64,000 bases of DNA, taken from assembly GCA_038087875.1 (NCBI GenBank), contig CM075996.1, forward strand, positions 6,202,001 to 6,266,000. Reading direction: 5' to 3'. The DNA is from Malacoraja senta (lineage: Eukaryota). Below, one piece after another: positions 51,021 to 62,266 of the stretch (the stretch's first letter is position 1; the number at the start of each line of letters is the position of its first letter). A program made the translations under genes and the position numbers. The notes below the pieces were generated by a model, which ran no database searches, was not told the origin of the DNA, and worked only from the letters and a program-made list of their open reading frames with translations.

Positions 51021-51272
51021 AAGAGGGAGATCTTGACCAAGACCAAGCAAGCGCGAGACAGAGTGCGGACGGCCAACCACGAGTTGAAGGAGAGGTGTGG
51101 TCTGCTGTGCAACAAGTTGTTGCTCCGCGACCTCGAGGACAACGTGGACGCCAACGAGAGACTGCAGCACCAGCTGGAGGAACTAAAAAGGCACCACACC
51201 GACCTAACTCTCGACTCCTACGGAATCAAGAAGAAAATTGAGTGGGTGAAGATGGGACAGGTACAGACTTAG
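51021..51272 (+). CDS. CCDC96: Coiled-coil domain-containing protein 96 (CFAP184), terminal exon
   Basis: Acceptor gttgttgcag; KREILTKTKQARDRVRTANHELKERCGLLCNKLLLRDLEDNVD...LKRHHTDLTL matches the CCDC96 C-terminus as recalled (KRDILTKTKQARD...KCGLLG..SLLRDLEEKVD...LKRHH). Confidence 0.88.
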   Translation, partial: KREILTKTKQARDRVRTANHELKERCGLLCNKLLLRDLEDNVDANERLQHQLEELKRHHTDLTLDSYGIKKKIEWVKMGQVQT

Positions 51273-51878
51273 CGGGTGGTGAGGGAAGAGTTTCCACTTC
51301 ATGCTGCTACGATAAATGTCAGATGGTATGTGACTTCATTCTTGATTCCTACGTGTGAGGAGAAGACATTGGGGCTGGTTATACAGGTATCGTAAGCCAA
51401 CTGCAGCAGATCCACCAATGCCTAGACTGGCCACCAAGGGGAAACCGGGGTTCTCACCCACTGTATGATCTGAATCTTGTTCAAATACAACAAAAGTTTT
51501 GGAATATGTTTTTTTAAATTAATTTTCTTGCTCCACATTCCAAATCAACATTTCAAGCCATTGCAGCTAAATTAATTCACTCGGGAGGAGTGGTAGAAAT
51601 CATTGTTCCCATTTCTCCTGGAGAGAACCCAAACAGACTGTTTAACGGATGGGTGGGCAAATGACGGATGTGAAGACCAAAGTTCGATACTTAAAGGTGG
51701 AACTCTACCGTTCCACATTCCTGAAATGCACAATAGTAACTGAACCAGCAAAAAGAGGCTTTGACTACACACTGCTCCTCATAGTCACTGTCTGAAAACT
51801 GACAGCTACATTAATGTTCGGACTCCTGAGGGTGAACAGTAACGGCGATGTACAGCACACGGTGGCTTCCAACAGTAA

Positions 51879-51954
51879 AGGGCCTGTCCCACTTGGGCGT
51901 CATTTGCGCGCCACCTGCGTGATGCGTAAATGACGCCCAAGTGGGACAGGCCCT
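51879..51954. mobile_element. 76-bp minimal PIF/Harbinger-like MITE
   Basis: Almost entirely inverted repeat; TAA on both sides. Confidence 0.85.
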
Positions 51955-53483
51955 TAAATTCAAGCTAATTCAAGCTAATTAATTCGAGCTAATTCAAGAG
52001 TTCTCCAGAGTTTCCCCTGATTCGATAAAAAATCGGAGAATTACGGTAATAGCCGCTCGTAGGCACTCGGGGCTTTCGTGGACATTTTTCAACATGTTGA
52101 AAAAACTTCACGAGTCATCACGAGCTTACCGCGTTTCCTGAGTACCTGCCGTTAGCGTTACGAGCCGCTAAGAGACGTCCCGAGCTCCGACGTACCCACT
52201 ACGTACATTCTACGTGCTTACCATGAGTTTGATTTTTTTTTTTAGCTCTTGAATTACCTCGTACAGTGGGACAGGCCCTTAACTGTGCACCATCTGCCCA
52301 ACTAGGATTATTGTTGCAGTGGAAACACCGGCCACCCCCTGATGTTCAGTTTGCTTTTCCTCGCCCATGTCAGACGACACCATGTACAGTAGAGGCTGTC
52401 CGTGAAGGTCCAAGTGACTGAATGCCACCCAGGGACAAATCAGAGTGATATCTGAAAGCAGAGTGAGAATTAGACACTTATTAATCAAGCTATTAATCAT
52501 ACCTCTAGTATCCCTTCCTCCTCCCCCCCCTCCCCCCCGACCCCAGACTCTCAGTCACGAGAAGGGTCTTGACCCTTCAGCCCACCGAGTCAGCGCCGAC
52601 CAGCGATCACCCCGTACACTAGCACTATCCTACACACTAGGGACAATTTACAATTTTTTTTTTTACCGAAGCCAAATTAACCTACAAACCTGCAAGTCTT
52701 TGGAGTGTGGTTGGAAACCGGAGCACCCGGAGAAAACCCACGCAGTCACTGGTAGAACATACAAACTCCGTACAGACAACACCCATGGTCGGGGTTGTAC
52801 CTGGTTCTCTAGTACCGTGAGGTAGTATCTCTGCTTCTGCACCACTGTGCCACCCCAGAGCCACAGAGTTGTCCAGCACGGAAGCAGACCCTTCAGCCCA
52901 TCGGGTCTGTGCTGACCATAAAGCACCCACTTGCACTAATCCTTAATTATTCCCATTTTACTCTCCCTACATTCCCATCCATTTGCCCAAATTCTCCCAG
53001 TTGCCTCCACACCAGGGGCGATTTGCAGTGGTGATAGCGGAGCATAAAATTAGCTACCTTTGGTGATAGAGTCAGTGCTTTAGAGAAAAAACAAGGAGAC
53101 AACTGATGTAGTTGTATTTTGGAAGGAAGAATGAGGCGAGACAACAACTGCATTAATGTTGAGACTTGCTGAGTCTCATTGTAACTTGTTTTCACCTAGT
53201 CCACACTGGCCAGCTTCCTTTATCATCATTACTTTTTTGCATATCTTTCATTCATTTGTTCTATATCTCCCTACATCACCGTCTATATCTCTCGACGGTA
53301 GACAAAAATGCTGGAGAAACTCAGCGTGTGAGGCAGCATCTATGGAGAGAAGGAATAGGCGATGTTTCGGGTCGATACGTCGTCTATTCCTTCTCTCCAT
53401 AGATGCTGCCTCACCCACTGAGCTTCTCCAGCACTTTTTGTGTACCTTACATTATAGCATAGTTCTAAAGTGTGTGCTGGATC

Positions 53484-54131
53484 CAGGGGCGGAAAACCCG
53501 TGGGGGGGGGGGGGCAGAGGGGGGACAACGTCCCCCTCATGTTTTGAGAGGTGGGGGACATCCCCCCCCCAAGTTTTTGTGATCCGTATTTTAAAATCTC
53601 TGCTTTCCACGAGACAGTGGGGGTGGGACTGCTGATCGAGGGCGCGATGATTGGGGGAGGGGGGGGTGGGACTGAGGATAGAGTGCGGCGATTGGAGGAG
53701 GGAGACGTGGCACAGACCTGCGCCTCATCCGCAGGCAGGATCGATCCCGGCCGGGTCTCCGGTGCTGTCCCGAGTGCCCCCCCCCCACCCCACGGGTGGC
53801 CAGAGAGGTCGGGAGTCAGACGCGAGCTGTGCCCTCAGGCCCACAGCCAGCGCAGAGAAACAGCACTAAACCCAGCTCACTCTGCCTGTCCTGCCTGGCC
53901 TTGCGGGAAATATGGCCAGCACAGAGAAGCAGCGTTGGTGTCCCGTCAGTCCAGCCAGGGCTGTAGTTAACCCGGCGAGACAGGCAGAGTTGAGCTGCAT
54001 TTAGCGCTGGATTGAGCCTACGAAGCCTCGCGCGTGTGTGTGTGTGCATGCGTGTGTGCGCATGCGCGTGCGGCCGCCAAAAAATTGTGTCCCCCGTCCC
54101 CTCCATGTTTTGATAGCGAGTTCCGCTCTTG
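53484..54131. mobile_element. Non-autonomous hAT-like element (GC-rich)
   Basis: Termini CAGGGGCGGAA ... TTCCGCTCTTG; 8-bp flanks GCTGGATC / GCTGGAGC. Confidence 0.65.
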
Positions 54132-54949
54132 GCTGGAGCGGAGGACTGGAGTGACTGCGAGCAAGTTGAAGCAACTGCTGTTTGTTTGACCATGAGTTGC
54201 CTCATTCACCACCACGCAGTGTAATCGTTGCGTGTGTTGACTCCAGTAGTCGTGAGTGAATAACTAGGAATGAGATGAACCTGTGCCAAGCCCCTCCATT
54301 CCAGGAATAATATCGCCGAACCTGCAGCAGAATGAGAGTCAATGACAGCGCAATAATACGGCAGAATCTGTGATCATCTTAGGTTTAGGCTTACTATTGT
54401 CACGTGCACTGAGGCCGAATAAAAAGCTTTGTTTTGCATGGTGTCCAATCAAATCAGATAATACTACACATAAATACAATACTACAAAAATACAAGTACA
54501 ATAGGAAGAGCAAAGGGGATGATACAGAATGCAGAATAAACAGTAGTCCCCAGCATTGTAGCGTATCGGTTCCATAGACAAAATCCAATGTCCGCAATGG
54601 GGTAGAGATGAATCAGACAGTGCCCTAGCTTATGGAAGGAGCATCCAGAAGCTTGATAACAGAGGGGAAGGAACTGTTGCTAACTGTTTACCACCGGGTG
54701 GCGCTTCGATAGCAGCCTCGCCTACAGTCTGTCTGTCCTTTTCGTCTTTTTTTGTTGTTATTTTTAGTGTGTGTTTAAAAAGTATGTGTTAATGTTCTCT
54801 GGTTTGTTTTATGTGGGGGGGGAGGGGGGGATCGGGGGAAACTAAAAATAAAATAAAAAGGGAAGTTCTGATCGCAGTTGACCAGTGGAAGAGAGAATCG
54901 TGGAGTCATACGGCCCTTTGGTCTGCTGAATCTTTACGGAACATCACAT

Positions 54950-55993
54950 AACAATGTTACAAAATTTTGAGATTTAAAAAATCAAGTCTGCAATTTATCC
55001 CATCAGATAAAGCATAAAAAGAAGTTTAATTTGACACCTAATTTACTTTCATATCTTCAGTATTAAAACAGTTATGGCCATTTTCATACTCTGAAATTAG
55101 CATCTTGTTCCCTATTGCTTTTCCATAGACTTAACTCAAAAGCTGTGATCGAGGACAGTCAAAAGCCCATAACTTTCTTAAAAATTAAGAGAACAGAATA
55201 AAATGTTCAGTTATTATAGATTGAAGCATTCTGAAACAAATATGAAACAATCTTACTTGGATGACCTGAAATTAAAGCATATAATTAGTTAGTTACCTAA
55301 TTGTAGCTAATTACAAAACTCAATTACTAGATCTAAACATCTATCCATTTCTTAAGAAAAGGTTAACATTTTTAAATAGCCTAAGTATCCAAATAACATT
55401 CACACAAGAATTCACAATATAACATGACTTTTTAAATCTCATTGTCATGAATTTATAGGCCAAATGGAAGGGATTTAGTGTTTAATTCCCGTAAATTAAT
55501 GGCCATTTAAATCATCTTGCGAGTGGGATTTTATGGAACGTGATCGTTTGGAACGTTGCATTTGCGGTGAATTTAAACCCCATATCGGCAGGAAAAATAC
55601 TGCTGGTTCGTATGGGGCCTAAATCATCTTTTCGCAATGTGAAATTTTGATTAAAGGCATCCTAAGAAGCACGTTTATATGTAAAAATAAACGGCTTACC
55701 TTGCTTTGTCCCGTACGTGAGATCCGTCCCGTTGTCGCCGTTGACGGCTTTTAGAAGACGATTTTTATTTTACTCCTGCTATTAAATTATCCAGCGCTAT
55801 TTAAAAAAAACCTTCATAAAACGCTGGTCGGATCGATTTTTCTTCAGCAACTAAACAGCCTGACAAAGATCGACTTCAACAGGCTGTAGAAAACGGCATT
55901 TTAAACCCGCCCCCCTCTTAAAGGCGCCAAAGTCACGCACACGGCCAGTGGCAGAACTGCAGCGCCGCTGAAGGTAAGTTTTGTAACATACCT
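54950..55993. mobile_element. ~1-kb DNA transposon derivative with 9-bp TSD (second, partial, inverted copy at about 20293-20702)
   Basis: Imperfect TIRs AACAATGTTACAAAA ... TTTTGTAACATACCT; ACATCACAT on both sides (54941-54949 and 55994-56002). Confidence 0.7.
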
Positions 55994-56717
55994 ACATCAC
56001 ATCCAGTGGATTTCCTCCCCCCAATCCGCCGGAACAGATGCTAGTCTCAAAATTCAGCGATGGTCTGAGACCCGTTGGCTACCCTCACCTGGTTTAGCAC
56101 GCCAGCCAAAGCGGTTTCCCAGGGTGCGGCCGCTGTTGCATGCTAACAGCTTCTTGGAGCCACAGGTGAGATCTGGGCACCAGGTGAGGACCAAAGGTGG
56201 ATGAACTACCCTCTAAGGAGCGCGGCATGTCCCCACCACAGGTGCTACCCCTCAATCAGAATTAAAGGACATTCTAATCGGAAGGAGATGGGGAGGAATT
56301 TCTTTAGTCAGAGGGTGGTGAATCTGTGGAATTCTTTGCCGCAGAAGGCTGTAGAGGTCAAGACAGTGGATATTTTTTAAGGCAGAGGTAGATAGATTCT
56401 TGATTAGTACAGGTGTCAGAGGTTATGGTGAGAAGGCAGGAGAATGCGGGTTAGGAGAGAGAGATAGATCAGTCATGGTTGAATGGCGGAATAGACTTGA
56501 TGGGCTGAATGGCCTAATTCTACTCCAGTTCCTTATGACCTTATGGCCCTGAGCACTCCCACGTACACTCCCACACATGTGAACCAGTGCAAATAAAAAA
56601 ACAGACACAGAGTGCTGGAGTAACTCAGCGGGTCAGGCAGCATCTCTGGAGAACATGAATAGGTGACGTTTCGCGTCGGGACCCTTCTTCAGACTCTTCA
56701 CTGCACATAATGACGTA

Positions 56718-57165
56718 ATGAGAGAATGGAGCAGCTGGGCTTGTACACTCTGGAGTTTAGAAGGATGAGAGGATATCTCATGGAAACATATAAGATTGTT
56801 AAGGGTTTGGACACGCTAGAGGCAGGAAACATGTTCCCGATGTTGGGGGGAGTCCAGGAGCAGGGGCCACAGTTTAAGAATAAGGAGTAAGCCATTTAGA
56901 ACGAAGACGAGGAAGCACTTTTTCTCACAGAGAGTGGTGAGTCTGTGGAATTCTCTGCCTCAGAGGGCGGTGGAGGCAGGTTCTCTGGATGCTTTCAAGA
57001 GAGAGCTAGATAGGTCTCTTAAAAATAGCAGAGTCAGGGGATATGGGGAGAAGGCAGGAACGGGGTACTGATTGGGGATGATCAGCCATGATCACATTGA
57101 ATGGCAGTGCTGGCTCGATGGGCCGAATGGCCTACTCATGCACCTATTGTCTATTGTCTATAATA
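56718..57165 (+). mobile_element. CR1-clade LINE 3' fragment
   Basis: RMEQLGLYTLEFRRMRGYLMETYKIVKGLD...; (CTATTGT)n tail; shorter copies at 34718-35000 and 13572-13800. Confidence 0.85.
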
Positions 57166-58993
57166 GACAATAGACTATAATAGACTGAATACCCAAAGGG
57201 CAAAATGCAGTGGAGGAAGGGGAGTCTGAGGTGAACCAGTATTAAACGGCTGGATGGCTTCAGAATGAATGTTGCCTGCCAGCTGGATGCGAAGAAGGCT
57301 GTGTTTCAGTGCTGCCCCATGATTTGAGATAAGACACGTAACTCATAAAGAAAATTAATGTCATTTCCCCCCAAGCTCCAATGTACAAATTATCTTCTGC
57401 TTCCTGCCCTTTCACGCCGGCCTTTGGGGGTCTGCTCTGGAACTGTCGAGTTGCCCTTTGTTTGAACTTTGGTGGCCCTTTTCGGGGGGGGGGGAGGTGG
57501 GACCAGCGGTCCTATTGGTTGATGCACTAATGGAATCCATGTTCACGCAATGTTACACGCCAGGCAGTAATATCTTCCCACCGATCCAACTGAAGAGAAG
57601 AAGAAAAAAACCCCAATCACAGTTGGAGCAGAAAGTTCTCCCAGAAAGGATGGTCAACTCAAAGCCCATCCCTCTGGTTCTCTAACTCTCCCATTGAAGC
57701 TCATCACCAAGTCTCCATTGAAGCCCATTGCCCTTGAGTCATAGTTACAGAGTCATACAGCATACCCCTATTGCCCACACGGACCAGCAAGTCCCATCTA
57801 CACTAGTCCCACCTGCCTGCGTTTGACCTATATCCCTCTAAAGCTATCTTATCCATGTACCTGTCTAAATGTTTCTTAAACGTTGAGATAGTACGAGCCG
57901 AAAGTATCTACTCCGGCAGCTCGTTCCATACACCCACCACCCTTTGTGTAAAAAAGTTACCCCTCGGATTCCTATTAAATCTTCTCTCCCCCCTCACCTT
58001 AAACCTATGTCCTCTGGTTCTTGATTCTCCCACTCTGGGCAAGAGACACTGTGCGTTTACCCGATCTATTCCTCTCATGATCTTGTACACCTCTACAAGA
58101 TCACCCCTCATCCTCCTGCGCTCCATGAAATCGAGTTCTAGCTCTTTCTGCAAAATGCATTGGGCAATCTGGGTTTCGATGATGTAATATTTACCACACT
58201 TTTACAAACGTTGAGATGAGTGTGCATTCGGAAAAGTATCAAGCATGGACAACGATCTAACATGAATAGACAAAAGTCGCCAAACCAACAACGGAGATAC
58301 GAGTGTAGGGTGAACAAAACGTTGTCAAAAAGACCGGTTTCAGGAGAGGTTGCGCAGGAGAGACAAAGAGAGAGTGTTGAGGGAGACCCTGACTGTCCTT
58401 GCAGGTGAGGCAGATGTTCACTTGCACCTCCTCCAAACTCATCTCACGTATCCGCTGTTCCAGGTGTGGAAGGAAGATGTGAAAGATCGGCCATTATATA
58501 TGAATGTTCAATTCCTCCATAAGACACAAACATTCTGAGCCAGACACTAATACTACAGGCAGTTTCATTAATTAAAATAGTTTTTGAGACACACATGAGA
58601 CTGACGGTCATGTAAAGTCAATATTAATCACAGTCTGCGAGTGTTATGTTTATTTTGTTTTCATTCTCTGTCATTTTGTTCCGTTTAATTCCTTGAGCCT
58701 TCATACATTGCTGGATTAACCCAAGGCATGTGGACTATTTGCAGATCAGCACACGGCAGCTCTCTCACTCGCGTGCTCCCTCTTCCCCCTAATAAGTACT
58801 TTAAGCTATTAGTCAACTGCTGAAACTATAAGCAGATTTTCTTTTGGAAAACCAAATCCATGAAGATGTAATTTAAACTGTAGCAGATGTGAAATTTAAT
58901 ATGTCATTCTGAACAAAAAAGGCAAGGATTGCATAGAAAGTTCCACTAATGAAACGACTTCTGATCATTAAATGTGCAGTGGCGTTTCTCTCC

Positions 58994-59030
<37 letters not shown>

Positions 59031-60118
59031 CCTTCATCACTCCCATGTAATCCCATTCTTCCTTTATTCCCAGGTCCAGTCTAATCTCGATCTTCCCACA
59101 CCATTTCCTACTGCACGCAATCTAATTCCATTCTCCCCTTGGTTTACACTTTAATGTCCCACTCAGTCCCTTGCCTATTCTCCATAAGGGTCTCGACCCG
59201 AAAAGTCACCCATTCTTTCTCTCCAGAGATGCTGCCTGTCTCGCTGAGTTACTCCAGCTTTTTGTGTCTATCTCATCCTTTTCCAGCAATTATAAAATAT
59301 CCATTTGAAGCTAATCTCATCCTAGTATCATGCAAAATAAAGGAAATTCCATGTGTAGGAAGGAACTGCAGAGGCTGGTTAAACTGAAGATTGGCGAAAA
59401 AAATTCATGTCAAGTCAAGAGAGTTTATTGTCATGTGTCCCCAGATAGGGCAATGAAATTCTTGCTTTGCTTCAACACAACAGAATATGTCAACATAATA
59501 CAGAACAGGATATAAAAGTTCAGTGTGTCTATACCACATCTCTTCCCTTCTTTGTTCTCCCGTGGTCGGGGGCCACGAGCCTTCCGTTGATGGGACGATT
59601 TTGGTTACCGTAGACGGCGGTCAGGCCCTCAGCCCGATCAAGCTCCTGCATCGGGGGGATGTCAGCTCACCGCGCCTGGCGATCGACCCCTGGTCGGGGC
59701 TGGTCGAAACCTTCTGCGTCGTTTAGAGCTTCCCGATATCGGTCTCTACCCGAGATTGCGAGCTCCTCGATGGTGAAATCCACAAGCCGCGGTTGGAGCG
59801 TCAATCCCAGGCAAGGGATCGGCTCCGATGGTAAGTCCACGGCCCCGCGGTGGGGCTCAAAGTCAGTCCCGAGCATGGCCGCCAGCTCCATGATGTTAGG
59901 CCGCAGAACGACCGGAGATAGGATCCGGAAAACAATCGCATCTCAGGCAAGGTAAGCGAATGGAAAAAAGTTTCCCTTGACCCCCTCCCCCACCCCCCAC
60001 ATAAAACACACCAGAGAACATTTACACAAACTTTAAAAACACACTAAAAATAATTTATAAAAAGACGTAAAGACAGGCAGACTGTTGGCGAGGCAGCCAT
60101 CGTGCGGCGCCCCCTGAT

Positions 60119-60792
60119 TCTTCTTCTTCTTCTTCTTTTCGTGTCTTTGAAGCTGGTTGGCTATATGACAGTTTCCCATTCCTTTACACAGTCCTTTGCG
60201 TTTTTTATTGAACACTGCAAGATCCTTTGAGCTGCACTGGTTGGGTAGTAGGGGGCAGACAAGGCAGTGCTGCATTGTGTGATCCTCTTCTCCACATTCA
60301 CTGGTGGTTTGGCCAGTTTCATAGCCCCATCTGGCCATGGCATCTTTTGATCGCCCTGTTCCTGTTCTCAGGCGGTTGAGTGTCTTCCACTGGACCCATG
60401 GTGCTTCTGAGCCCGGAGGGAGGGCTTCAGAAGGAGGGATACCCATGTCAGTAGGAGGGGGGTCGTCCTCAAGCCTTTTTGTCCATAGTTGGAGTCTGGT
60501 TTCTTCCCGTGATGCTATTAGGGGCTGGACATGGCTGAGAAAGCTTCTCCTGGACCTTCAGCCGTTGGGCCGGGGTACACGTCCGTAGAGGAGGTGGCGT
60601 TCATCATTGGTGGCCTTGGTCATCTCTACTCGGCTGGCGACTTTCCATCTCACATCAGCAGGGGCAATGCCAGCGAGGAGGTGCAGGTTGTTTATGTTGG
60701 TGGTCTTCAAGCAGCCAGTTATTGAGCGGCAGGTGTTATTCAGCGCTGGGTCTAGTTTCTTGGCATGGGATGATCTCCCCCAAACAGGGACA
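60119..60792 (-). mobile_element. 5'-truncated Vingi/Ingi-like LINE
   Basis: LNNTCRSITGCLKTT...LAGIAPADVR and WKTLNRLRTGTGRSK...WG...ECGEEDHTMQHCLVC; (GAA)n tail; 11-bp TSD CGCCCCCTGAT (60108-60118 and 60793-60803). The clade name is from motif recall. Confidence 0.75.
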
Positions 60793-61520
60793 CGCCCCCT
60801 GATGATAATTTCATCCACTTCTATAGCTTCCTCTGGCAGCTCATTCAGATTGGAACTAGCTTCTGAGTGAAAAAGTTGCCCCGAGTTATCACTTAAATCT
60901 CTCCCCTCTCACCTTAATACTATGCCCTCTAGTTTTAGCATCCTCTGCACTGGGGATGAAGACTGGAAGTGTTATCCCACTTTCTCATCCACTCCCGGCA
61001 CATCAGGGACAATTTTACAGAAGCACCAAATAACCCACAAACCCGCACGTCTTTGGAATGTGGGAGGAAACCGGAGCGCCCGGAGAAAACCCTACGTGGT
61101 CATGGGGAGAATGTGCAAACTCCACAAAGACAGCACTCAGAGTCAGGATTCAAACCCGGGTCTCTGTCACTGTGAGACAGCAGGTCTACTAACTGCGGCA
61201 CTGTGCCACCTTAAATACATCAAGTCCGCTAGCCCAGGTAACATCTTGGTGAAGCTCTCTCGCACCCTTTCCAACGGAATGACATCCTTCCTTAATCACT
61301 TTGCTTCTTCTGGGATGTTCAGATACCTTACATTTATTGTGGATTCCCTGGTCTCATTCTCCCTCTCTCCACATGGGCTACCACAAGCTTCACATGCCTA
61401 CATGACCAACCCTTTGATATCTTCCTGCACCCTACAATATTCTTCCCCAGCATCAACCTCAAGCCAGATTTGGTATCATAAGATCATTGGTATATACACC
61501 ATGAAGAGTAAGTTTTGTTA

Positions 61521-61827
61521 AGGGCCTGTCCCACTGTACGAGGTAATTCAAGAGCTCTCCCAAGTTTAAAAAAATATCAAACTCGTGGTAAGTACGTAGA
61601 ATGTACGTAGCGGCTACGTCGGAGCTCGTTGATGTCTCGTAGCGGCTCGTAATGCTAAAGGCAGGTACTCGGGAAACACGGAAACTCGTGAAGTTTTTTC
61701 AGCACTGTGAAAAATGTCCACGAGAACCCCGAGTACCTACGAACGGCTATTACCGTAATTCTCCGAGTTCGAATCAGGGGAAACTCGGAGAACTCTTGAA
61801 TTACCTCGTACAGTGGGGACAGGTCCT
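61521..61827. mobile_element. PIF/Harbinger-like MITE (related partial copies at about 2720-2862 and 51960-52279)
   Basis: AGGGCCTGTCCCAC left TIR after TTA; degenerate right TIR. Confidence 0.75.
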
Positions 61828-62149
61828 TACGTTTAGTTTATTGTCACGTGTATCGATGTACAGCGAAAAGCTTTTGTTGCGTGCTAACCAGTCAGCGGAA
61901 AGACAATACATGATTACACTGAGTCGGAGGCCGACACATGAGGCTGCTGTGAACCTGGCGTTGAGAGCGATGTATGTGTGGGAAGGAACTGCAGATGCTG
62001 GCTCGCACCGAAGATAGACACAAAGTGCTGGATTAACTCAGCGGGACTGAGTCCGGACCGAAGAAGGGTCTCGACCCGGAACGTTACCCATTCCTTCTCA
62101 CCAGAAATGCTGCCTGTCCTGTTGAGTTACTCCAGCATTTTCTGAGAAT

Positions 62150-62266
62150 GATGTATATTCGATGCAAGGTGTAGCTGAAAAACTGCAGTGAAAGTGATGC
62201 ATATTTGATGCACATTGTAGCTGGAAAATTGCAGTGAAAGTGATGCATATTTGATGCAAGTTGTAG
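62150..62266. repeat. 46-bp tandem repeat, about 2.5 copies
   Basis: GATGCATATTTGATGCA...TGTAGCTGGAAAATTGCAGTGAAAGT repeated. Confidence 0.85.
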
